Part shown: in pieces, positions 26,837 through 36,000 of the stretch | Layout of the letters: every line of letters starts with the position of its first letter | Numbering within the stretch: the stretch's first letter is position 1 | Origin: Clostridia bacterium | GTDB taxonomy: Bacteria; Bacillota; Clostridia; UMGS1883 | DNA length: 49,628 nucleotides | Assembly (NCBI GenBank): GCA_051866635.1 | Contig: JBJDXJ010000023.1 | Coordinates: 1-49,628, forward strand | Reading direction: 5' to 3' | Notes under the pieces: model-generated | The model's input: the letters and a program-made list of their open reading frames with translations, nothing else | What the model was told of the DNA's origin: nothing | Databases searched by the model: none | Translations under genes and position numbers: made by a program

Positions 26837-27559
26837 ATGAACATAGCAATCTGTGATGATGAAAAATTATATATTGATAAAATTTCGGAATGTGTAAATA
26901 AAGTAGCGGATAAGCAAGGTATCCGGTGCGATATTCATACATGTAATAATGGTGAAAAACTTATAGATTTATGCAAAGAAAAGAAAATTGATGCGGTGTT
27001 TTTGGATATTGCTATGCCCGGGATAAACGGCTTTGAAACAGCAGATGAGCTTTTGCAAATCCGAAACAACATAGCTTTAATTTTTGTTTCAAGTCAGGAA
27101 GCAATGGTTTTTTCATCGTATGCGTATAAACCATTTTGGTTTGTGCCAAAGTCAAAGATTGCAATGCTTGAAATGGTTGTTGAAAGGCTTATTAAAGCTG
27201 TTGAAGAGAATGAAGAAAAACAGACTGTTATTCCTTTGAAGGTAGAAATCAAAAAGGTAGTAGAGATTGATACTGAAGCTGTAATGTATATAAAGGCAGA
27301 CGGACATTATGTGAATATATTTTCAAAAGGTGAAAAACGAAGTGACAGTTATAGAAGTAAGCTTGACACTATAGGGATGCAACTTGAACGACACGGCTTT
27401 GTGAGGGTACACAACAGATATCTCGTCAACTTAAGAATGATTAGTGTTATTGAAAAGTCCTGCTGTGTTTTGCTTGAAGGGACCCAAATTCCCATTAGCC
27501 GTGCAAATATGGCACAAACAAAAGAGCTTTTTCAAAAACATTTAAGGAGTACATTATGA
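26837..27559 (+). CDS. LytTR-family response regulator (AgrA-like)
   Basis: IAICDDE, FLDIAMP, FVRVHNRYLVNL, IPISR. Confidence 0.92.
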   Translation: MNIAICDDEKLYIDKISECVNKVADKQGIRCDIHTCNNGEKLIDLCKEKKIDAVFLDIAMPGINGFETADELLQIRNNIALIFVSSQEAMVFSSYAYKPFWFVPKSKIAMLEMVVERLIKAVEENEEKQTVIPLKVEIKKVVEIDTEAVMYIKADGHYVNIFSKGEKRSDSYRSKLDTIGMQLERHGFVRVHNRYLVNLRMISVIEKSCCVLLEGTQIPISRANMAQTKELFQKHLRSTL

Positions 27560-28848
27560 TGGAACAAGTTGTTGAATTAGCGGCAAATTTTTTGCAGACG
27601 CTTATTTGGACATGGTTTATAACGAGTTTCTTTGGACGTAAACGTGACGGGATAGTAGGAAATTTAAGTTTTATAGGGGTAACGCTAATTGCTTTTTTTG
27701 TGATTTCTTACATAAATATGATAGTGGTTTATGATGGATTACTATCGGGACTTCTTATACTTACATACATAATATATTCGAGACTTTTTTTGAAAGGCGG
27801 ATTGGGTGAGCATATTTTTATAAATGTGTACGCTATTGCGATTATATTTACAATTTCAAGCGTGCTTATATTTATTGCATCGTATTTTTCAGGCATTAAT
27901 ACGGAGGGAATAATTGCTGATTTAACAATGTGGAGATTTGTTGCAATTATATTGTGCAGGCTGTTTGAATTCTTGGCATTTAAATGCATTGTGAAAATCA
28001 ATGCTAAATCAGCTTTAACGAAAAAGGAATGGATTTTATTTACAGCGATGCCCTTAGCTACATGGATTGCAGTTGTTTTCATGACTAATGCTACAATTAA
28101 TGCTCCCAAAGTGCTGACTGAGATGTTTTATATTGCAATAATTATGGTTGTTATCAATATAATCACATTCTTTTTCTTGTTTAAGATAAAAGAGGATGCT
28201 CAGACTAAAATGGACTATGAGCTTCTTAGGATGCAACAAGATAATGTAAAAACCATGGAAACAAATATGAAGGCGTTGTACGACAGCACATATTCGGTTA
28301 AGCACGATTTGGAAAAGCACTTGATTGCTGTTAAAACAATGGTTGAAACGGGAAAATACAGTGATGTGAGTGGCTATATTGAAAATATTGTCGCAGGGTT
28401 AAATGATGTTCAAAGGGTAATTTTTACGGATAATGATATTTTTAATGCAATAATTAACACTAAGCTTACAATATGCAAAAGCAAGGGCATTTTTCCAAAT
28501 ATAAATGTATCCAATGAAGCAATCAGCCTTATTAACCCGTCTGACATTGTAGTGCTGTTTGGTAATCTGTTTGACAATGCTATTGAAGCCACTGAGAAAA
28601 CGAGTGATAAAATTATAATTCTGAATGTGTCCACAAAACGTGACTACGTTTCTGTATACATGGAAAACAGTTTTAATAGTGAATATTCGGATGTCAAGCT
28701 TAACACTACAAAAAGCGATAATGCTGTGCACGGAATAGGAACAAAGAATATCAGAAGAATTGTACAAGAAAATAATGGAATGATAGACTATTTCGTAAAC
28801 GATAACAGTATGTTTTGTTGTGATATTTTGCTCAAAAAGAAGTCATAA
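27556..28848 (+). CDS. GHKL sensor histidine kinase (AgrC-like)
   Basis: 6-7 N-terminal TM helices; KHDLEKHL, GNLFDNAIEA, HGIGTKNI; overlaps the regulator stop codon (ATGA). Confidence 0.9.
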   Translation: MMEQVVELAANFLQTLIWTWFITSFFGRKRDGIVGNLSFIGVTLIAFFVISYINMIVVYDGLLSGLLILTYIIYSRLFLKGGLGEHIFINVYAIAIIFTISSVLIFIASYFSGINTEGIIADLTMWRFVAIILCRLFEFLAFKCIVKINAKSALTKKEWILFTAMPLATWIAVVFMTNATINAPKVLTEMFYIAIIMVVINIITFFFLFKIKEDAQTKMDYELLRMQQDNVKTMETNMKALYDSTYSVKHDLEKHLIAVKTMVETGKYSDVSGYIENIVAGLNDVQRVIFTDNDIFNAIINTKLTICKSKGIFPNINVSNEAISLINPSDIVVLFGNLFDNAIEATEKTSDKIIILNVSTKRDYVSVYMENSFNSEYSDVKLNTTKSDNAVHGIGTKNIRRIVQENNGMIDYFVNDNSMFCCDILLKKKS

Positions 28849-28853
28849 ATGCA

Positions 28854-28885
28854 AAACTTGACAAAAATACAACCAAACATGACAA
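28854..28885 (+). promoter_or_regulatory. Putative LytTR binding site (direct repeat pair)
   Basis: aaacttgacaa (28854-28864) and aaacatgacaa (28875-28885), 21-bp period. Confidence 0.55.
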
Positions 28886-28909
28886 GCTAATAGAATATGT
28901 ATTTAAAAT

Positions 28910-28946
28910 CAGCTATATTAAAAGTGAGTATAGCTGGTTTTATTTT
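28910..28946 (+). terminator. Terminator after the LytTR/GHKL operon
   Basis: cagctatatt-aaaagtg-agtatagctg then gttttatttt. Confidence 0.6.
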
Positions 28947-28990
28947 TGCGAAAAACGAATGGCGGTAGAGATGTTGAAAGGAGTTTTATT

Positions 28991-30907
28991 ATGAGAAAAT
29001 TAACAAGCGTTATTTTGAGTTTGGTGCTTTTGATTACAGTGTTTGCACCGTGTAGTGTTTTTGCCGATGCAGTTAAGCCGTTAACCGAGATTGGTGAAAT
29101 TGAGATTGACGAAAAAGCGGGATACGAGATTAGATTTGTATACGCGAGTAAGGAATACTGCATTGAATATACCGAAATGGGAGAGTCTGATCTTCAGTTT
29201 GTTTTAGAGGTGTTTTCGGACAAGAATTTGATTTTCAGTGATAATCAAGACAGGGAAATGCCCGAAGACGGTTTTTTTAATCCGGTGATAAAAGAAGATA
29301 ATATTAATTATCACATTTATTTTGACAGCGAAATCGTGTATATTTACACATGGAATCCCTTAGTAGAAGATGGATATTATGAAGGCTTTTTTGAATACAA
29401 GGACAGTAAAATTTATGACGAGCTTATTGAATATTTGTATGCTTTGATTTCTGAAGAAAAGACAGAGGAACCCGAAGAAGAACCCTCTAATGAAGAACCC
29501 ACAGAGAAGCCTACCGAAAATGAAACTGAAAAAAATGAAGTTGACAAGAGGAAGAATCTCGTAAAAATTGATAGTTTTGAAAAGCTTTACAGCGGAGAAA
29601 TGTATCTTGAAAAGCTTGAGGAAGATTTTGAATGGGGCTTGTGTACATACTGCCGTGATGTAGAAGAGGTCACAACATTTTATCTGAAATACGGAGAAAC
29701 AAGAAATGAGGAATATTTATTCATTTCTGACGAGGTTAACAGGGTAAAAAACACTGTTATATTTAACCTTACAAACAAAAAAGGCAAGCAGATAACCATT
29801 GCAAAAGACAGTGACGAGGGTTTTGAATTTGACCAAACAGTAAACTATCTTTACGACTATAAAATAAAAGTTAATTTGAACGGCAATGAGACGGCGAAAG
29901 ATATTGTTGTAAGTTATAAACACAAGAGCGAAAGTGATTTTACAAAAGAAATTATAGATATGGAAGATTACAAAGAAATCGGCAAACTCCAAAGTGAATT
30001 ATTTGCAAATAACTTTGGACAGGATGTCATTGACAGCGGAAAAACAGAAATTGAAATTAATCAAGATGATAAGAAAGGAGACGAGAAGTACGAAGATATA
30101 AAGGATGTTCCGTATCAAAGAGAGATAAATATTGTTAAGTCTTTAGGACTAATGCAAGGATATGACGATGATACCTTTAAGAGCGAGAAAACATTAACAA
30201 GAGCCGAAGCGGCAGCTATAATGGTAAGGATTTTAAATCTTGAAGAGAAAGCACTGCCGGGTGAAACTATATTTACTGATGTTGAGTCAAGTCATTGGGC
30301 GTCAGGTTACATAAACGTGGCAGTAGAAGAAGGTATTATAAATGGACAAGGTGACGGAACATTTGCACCCGAGGAAAAAGTGACATATCATCAGTTTGTG
30401 AAAATGCTTGTATGTGCTCTTGGGTATGAACCCATGGCTGAAGCAAATGGCAGTTGGGCAGGTTTTGGATATATATTTGCCGGTAGTAAGATTGGTTTAA
30501 CAAAAGGTATTACCGGAACAAGCAATGAGAATATAACAAGAGAAAAAGCCGCAAGGCTTATATTCAGAGCATTGACAGTTGACTTAATGGAAGAGGCTGA
30601 AACAAGCTCGGGTGTAAATGGGAAGCTGTATAGAATACTTGAAGATAAATGCATACTTACAGAGCATTTGGGTTATCAGAAGATAGAAGGCTTTGTGTGG
30701 GAGTTTGATATCACCGGTGAAATAACTATTAAAAGAAACTATGCAGCAGAGCCTTACTATGAAGCAGGTCAGAAGATTAGCTTCATATCTGCCGATGAAA
30801 ACATACAAAACCTTGTAAACGAGAATGTTATTGCATATCTTATGCCACCCGAAGAAGGCATAAAAACAGAGGATGCCTATATAGCAATAGTTGACAAGAT
30901 GGAATAA
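28991..30907 (+). CDS. Secreted S-layer homology (SLH) domain protein
   Basis: Start moved to ATG 28991 (SD GAAAGGAG); signal peptide; SLH motifs GYDDDTF..LTRAEAA, FTDV..HWA..INGQGDGTFAP, ITREKAA. Confidence 0.85.
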   Translation: MRKLTSVILSLVLLITVFAPCSVFADAVKPLTEIGEIEIDEKAGYEIRFVYASKEYCIEYTEMGESDLQFVLEVFSDKNLIFSDNQDREMPEDGFFNPVIKEDNINYHIYFDSEIVYIYTWNPLVEDGYYEGFFEYKDSKIYDELIEYLYALISEEKTEEPEEEPSNEEPTEKPTENETEKNEVDKRKNLVKIDSFEKLYSGEMYLEKLEEDFEWGLCTYCRDVEEVTTFYLKYGETRNEEYLFISDEVNRVKNTVIFNLTNKKGKQITIAKDSDEGFEFDQTVNYLYDYKIKVNLNGNETAKDIVVSYKHKSESDFTKEIIDMEDYKEIGKLQSELFANNFGQDVIDSGKTEIEINQDDKKGDEKYEDIKDVPYQREINIVKSLGLMQGYDDDTFKSEKTLTRAEAAAIMVRILNLEEKALPGETIFTDVESSHWASGYINVAVEEGIINGQGDGTFAPEEKVTYHQFVKMLVCALGYEPMAEANGSWAGFGYIFAGSKIGLTKGITGTSNENITREKAARLIFRALTVDLMEEAETSSGVNGKLYRILEDKCILTEHLGYQKIEGFVWEFDITGEITIKRNYAAEPYYEAGQKISFISADENIQNLVNENVIAYLMPPEEGIKTEDAYIAIVDKME

Positions 30908-30908
30908 T

Positions 30909-31129
30909 TTGACGAGCCAATTCTACTACGGCGAAAATGTTAACTATACTGTTGTGGACTATACTACTTATGTGCCTTTTGTATCAGCGGCAGTAAGAAA
31001 GATATTACCGTGAGCACAGAAAAGAGTCCATGTTATGCGTTTATCAAAACAGCAAAAGCCGTAGAAGACGAAGTTACAGATATAGTCATATTTAAAGGAC
31101 TTTCGGATTACTTAAAAATGGAGGATTGA
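30909..31129 (+). pseudogene. Frameshifted relic of a surface-protein C-terminal domain
   Basis: FYYGENVNYTVVDYTTYVPFVS, shift near 30988, then GSKKDITVSTEKSPCYAFIKTAKAVEDEVTDIVIF; aligns with the C-terminus of the 33062-37501 protein. Confidence 0.7.
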
Positions 31130-31152
31130 AAACATCAATCCTCCATTTTTAA
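31112..31152. terminator. Terminator (perfect 18-bp inverted repeat)
   Basis: ttaaaaatggaggattga-aaaca-tcaatcctccatttttaa. Confidence 0.8.
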
Positions 31153-31295
31153 ATTGCGTTTGTATGGATCTGAGTATGTGCCTGTTTTGCACAGCCTGAC
31201 GTCCCGGGAGATAGTAATTGTGAAGAAAATAAGTGGACAGTGTCACCTATCATTGACAATTGTACAACCCATACGCCTCTTTTTTTGCGTTTTTC

Positions 31296-31324
31296 TTGAC
31301 GGGATAAACATGTGGTGATATAAT
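31296..31324 (+). promoter_or_regulatory. Sigma-A promoter of ilvD
   Basis: TTGACG-17 nt-TATAAT with TGn extension. Confidence 0.7.
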
Positions 31325-31374
31325 AAAATCAGTATTTTATCAATTGTTTGTTGATGGATAAGGAGTTGTTTATA

Positions 31375-33033
31375 ATGAAAAGTGATAACGTAAAAATGGG
31401 CATGCAACAGGCACCCCATAGATCCCTGTTTAATGCCCTTGGAATGACGGAAGAGGAACTCAAAAAGCCTCTCGTTGGTATTGTATGTTCCTACAATGAA
31501 ATTGTACCCGGACATATGAACCTTGACAAAATTGCTCAGGCAGTAAAGTTAGGCGTTGCGGCGGCAGGCGGTACACCTGTTATGTTCCCTGCAATTGCAG
31601 TGTGCGACGGTATTGCAATGGGTCATATCGGTATGAAGTATTCATTGGTAACGAGAGATTTGATCGCAGATTCTACAGAATGTATGGCAACTGCACATCA
31701 GTTTGATGCACTTGTTATGATTCCTAACTGCGACAAGAACGTGCCCGGACTTCTTATGGCGGCGGCAAGAGTTAATGTTCCCACTGTATTCGTGTCAGGC
31801 GGTCCAATGCTTGCAGGTCATGTAAAAGGTCATAAGACAAGTTTGTCCTCAATGTTTGAAGCTGTCGGCAGTTATGCGGCAGGCACTATGACAGAAGAGG
31901 ATGTTAACGAGTTTGAATGTAAAGCATGTCCCACATGCGGCAGCTGTTCGGGTATGTATACTGCAAACAGTATGAACTGCCTTACAGAAGCACTTGGTAT
32001 GGGTCTTCCCGGTAACGGTACAATTCCTGCGGTATATTCCGAAAGAATTAAACTTGCAAAGCATGCAGGTATGGCTGTTATGGAAATGTACAGAAAGAAC
32101 ATTCGTCCCCGTGATATTATCACAAAGGATGCTATCATGAACGCTTTAACTGTTGATATGGCACTGGGTTGCTCCACAAACTCCATGTTACATATTCCCG
32201 CCATTGCTCACGAAATAGGATTTGATTTTGATATATCTCTTGCAAATGAAGTAAGTGCAAGAACACCTAACCTTTGTCACTTAGCACCTGCAGGTCCCAC
32301 TTACATGGAGGATTTGAACGAAGCAGGCGGCGTATATGCAGTTATGAACCAGCTTAGGGAAAAGGGTCTTTTAAATGAGGACTGCATGACTGTAACAGGA
32401 ATGACAATAGGCGAAGCAGTTAAGGGTCATGTAAATAAGAACCCCCAGGTTATTCGCACATTGGATAACCCCTACAGTCAAACAGGCGGTCTGGCAGTGT
32501 TAAAGGGTAATTTAGCTCCTGAAGGCAGTGTTGTAAAGCGTAGTGCGGTAGTTAGCGAAATGATGAAGCACGAAGGCCCTGCAAGAGTGTTTGAATGTGA
32601 AGAAGATGCAATTGCAGCTATTAAGGGCGGTAAGATTGTACCGGGCGATGTTGTTGTAATAAGATATGAAGGACCTAAGGGTGGACCCGGTATGAGAGAA
32701 ATGTTAAACCCCACTTCTGCCATTGCAGGTATGGGCTTAGGTTCATCTGTTGCCCTTATTACTGACGGTCGTTTCTCAGGTGCATCCAGAGGTGCTTCCA
32801 TAGGTCATGTTTCACCCGAAGCGGCAGTAGGCGGTCCCATTGCGTTAGTTCAGGAAGGGGATATTATTAAGATAGATATAGATAATTGCACACTTGAGCT
32901 TGCTATTTCCGATGAAGAAATGGCTAAGAGAAAGGCTGAATGGACACCTCGTGAACCCCGTGTTACAACAGGCTACCTTGCAAGATATTCAAAAATGGTG
33001 TCAAGCGGTGCAAAGGGTGCAGTGTTAAACTAA
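31375..33033 (+). CDS. ilvD: Dihydroxy-acid dehydratase
   Basis: [48 protein letters not shown]; start moved to ATG 31375 (SD AAGGAG). Confidence 0.96.
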   Translation: MKSDNVKMGMQQAPHRSLFNALGMTEEELKKPLVGIVCSYNEIVPGHMNLDKIAQAVKLGVAAAGGTPVMFPAIAVCDGIAMGHIGMKYSLVTRDLIADSTECMATAHQFDALVMIPNCDKNVPGLLMAAARVNVPTVFVSGGPMLAGHVKGHKTSLSSMFEAVGSYAAGTMTEEDVNEFECKACPTCGSCSGMYTANSMNCLTEALGMGLPGNGTIPAVYSERIKLAKHAGMAVMEMYRKNIRPRDIITKDAIMNALTVDMALGCSTNSMLHIPAIAHEIGFDFDISLANEVSARTPNLCHLAPAGPTYMEDLNEAGGVYAVMNQLREKGLLNEDCMTVTGMTIGEAVKGHVNKNPQVIRTLDNPYSQTGGLAVLKGNLAPEGSVVKRSAVVSEMMKHEGPARVFECEEDAIAAIKGGKIVPGDVVVIRYEGPKGGPGMREMLNPTSAIAGMGLGSSVALITDGRFSGASRGASIGHVSPEAAVGGPIALVQEGDIIKIDIDNCTLELAISDEEMAKRKAEWTPREPRVTTGYLARYSKMVSSGAKGAVLN

Positions 33034-33061
33034 ATTAAATATAAAAGCGAGGATTTAAAAA

Positions 33062-36000
33062 ATGAAAAAAGTATTATCAATTTTAGTGGTTTGCTGTATG
33101 GTAATCGGCATTATTCCTGTTATCTCTTTGGCGGCAGATTCTACTTACAAAGCTGTGAGAACTGCGTATTTTAACTCTACTACAGAGTGGAAGCTGTATG
33201 ATAATTCAACAGGTAACGACAATATTCTTGTTGCATCAAACGGTAGCGACTCTTGGCAGGCAGAGGGCAGTTTTACAGATTTGGACGGAACTGTTACAAG
33301 TCAGAGCTATTTAAACGGTACAGGTTTTGCGACTCCAAGAAATGCCCTTGTTGCATTTTCAATTCCCGAAGGGTTTGACCCTGACAAAACGGTGAACGTA
33401 ACCCTTTCTATGAAGATTAAAAATGTAAAACAGGTTACAAGCGGTGTAAAACTTGCCGTATATGGAAATAGCGTTGACGGTGTCTGGTCAGAATCTGACG
33501 ATAAAACAACTTTCGGTGCCGAAGGTAACAGTTCAGGATTGTCTGATCTTACTTGTTTGGGTCTTACAACCCCAATTTCCACAGGTAACCAAACAGGGGA
33601 GAGTGCGTCAGGTGAAACAGTGACACTTTCCTCAAGAGCACTTACAGAATATGTTTGCCAAATGGCAAGAGATGGCAAAAGTGAAGTAACCTTCCGTGTG
33701 GCAACACCTTTGGGCGGTATAAGAATTTACAGTTATAATGTAGCTGATGCACCCACTCTTACAATTGAAGAAGGGGAAACTGCAAGTGTAGAGGTTAACC
33801 ATGTTTTTTATGATGGCGATACTGTAATTGATACAGAAACAGTAAAACTCAATCAGGTTAAATTGGAAAGCGAATTTGTGTATGATGACTCTAATATAGA
33901 AACTGTTGAAAAAAATGGCGAAATTTATCTTTACAACAGTGAAAAATCAACTTTATCCACAGTTGCAAAAGAAGACGGAAGCGGATTTGTTACAGTTGCA
34001 TATTCCAAGTTTAACATGGAGGAACACTCCTTTAAGGGCTATGAAATTGACGATGAGGGTGCTTGGTGCTGGTTTGCAGACCCCAGAAGTATTTCTTATA
34101 AAAACGAAGAGGGTACAATTGACGTAACGATTATCGGTTATATTGATGTACACGGCAATATAAAGGCAACACAGGTAAATAATCTGACAGATAAGGTTGA
34201 CGAGGTTTTAATCAGAACAAACCTTCAGCCTGACGACCACAACAACCCCACATTCCTCATTTTACCCGATGAAAGAATTGTTGTGTTCTATTCCCGTCAC
34301 ACAGACGAAGCCTGCTTCTGGTACCGTGTTACAAAAGAAAAGGGTGATTTGACAACACTTGGTGAAGAAAAGTGCCTTACAACAAGTGCAAATACTACAT
34401 ATCCGTCACCCTTCCTTCTTTCTGATGACCCGGATAATATTTACCTTTGCTGGAGAGGTATAGGTTGGCACCCCACAATCGCAAAAATTTCTATTCCCGA
34501 TGAAAACGGCGATATGCACTTTACATACGGACCTTACCAGATGGTACAGAGTACAGGTGCTCGTCCTTACGCAAAATATGCCTCCAACGGTAAAGATAAA
34601 ATTTACATGTCTTACACAACAGGTCACCCCGATAACGAGGACCCCAACTGGCTCTACTTTAACCAAATTGACATTAATACCATGACTATGCAGGATATTA
34701 ATGGTAACAAGATGAGTACCATTGCAAACGGTCCATTAAGTGTCAATAAAAGTAACACAAGTCAGTCTAATATTGTTGACAGAACAAGCGGTGTTCGTAA
34801 CTGGCTTTGGCAGGTTGCAGTAGCAGAGGACGGTTACCCCGTTATTGCCAATGTACGCATTAACGGCGGCAAAACAAGCCACGATTACTACTATGTAAAG
34901 TGGAACGGAACAGAATGGGTTAAAACCTTTGTCACAAATGCAGGAGGCAAGTTCCATCCTTCAAATACAGAATACTGCTACAGTGGCGGTATGAGTATTG
35001 ATGCAGATAACCCCAATGTTATGTATTGCTCTAAGCCGGTAGCGGGCGTTTTCGGCAATATATTTGAAATTTTCAAATATACAATGAGCCTTGACGGCAC
35101 AAAGGTTGAAAGCGTTGAACAAATTACAAAGAATTCCCAAAAGAACAATGTCCGTCCTTGGGTAATCCCAAATTCAGAAGGAGACGACCTCAGAGTTCTT
35201 TGGATGAACGGTGACTATTATTATTGGATGGTTAAAACAAGCTATCCCGAAGGTTATCCCACAGCGGCAATGTCAAATGTTCCTCTGCCTGTAGCGAAGA
35301 CTGATATTGATAATTACGTTGACAAGAAGGACTATGAAGATATAGGCGGTGCTTTTGTATCAACAAAGAGCACGGGAAATATTGTTTCAGAATACGCTAT
35401 TGCAGATGAATTTACTGTATCTGCCGATATTTATCTTGGCGGTGACTATCAGGGCGAAATACTTGATATGGGAGATATAAAGCTCTCTGTTAAAAATGCC
35501 GAAACACGTTATGCAGATGATGCTACAGCACAAAGACCCAGAGTTATAGTTACTGTGGACGGAAAAGATTATCTTACATATAACGTATATGGTATAAGTG
35601 ACGATTGGAAATATAACTCCACAGGCACAACAGGTGACTACTATTTCACAAAGTATGACCGCTTTGTAAATCTTACAGTAAGCTATGACGGAGAATATTT
35701 AACAATTTATCGTGACGGTCTTATTGACTTTAAGGAAAAGATAAATATTTACGGCATTGAAAAGGTAGTTGTAGGTGGCTTTGAAGGTTATGCAGAAAAT
35801 GTTACTGTTTTTGACAGGGCAATTAACCATGATGAATTAAAGCTTCTTTCAGATAATGATTACGAAGTTAAAGATCCCGGATTTGATGGCGATATAAATG
35901 TGGTTATACATTATGCCGAATATTCCGGTGAAGGTATATTACCTGCTGATTGCAATGAATTTATGCCTTCCGAAACAGTTATACTTGCTCCGGGTACAAA

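Noticed and set aside
29455-29535. gaagaaccc-type short repeats
   Set aside because: Low-complexity Glu/Pro/Thr linker within the SLH protein
31153-31295. T-box or attenuator upstream of ilvD
   Set aside because: No GGTGGNACC T-box motif, and the predicted promoter lies downstream of this region
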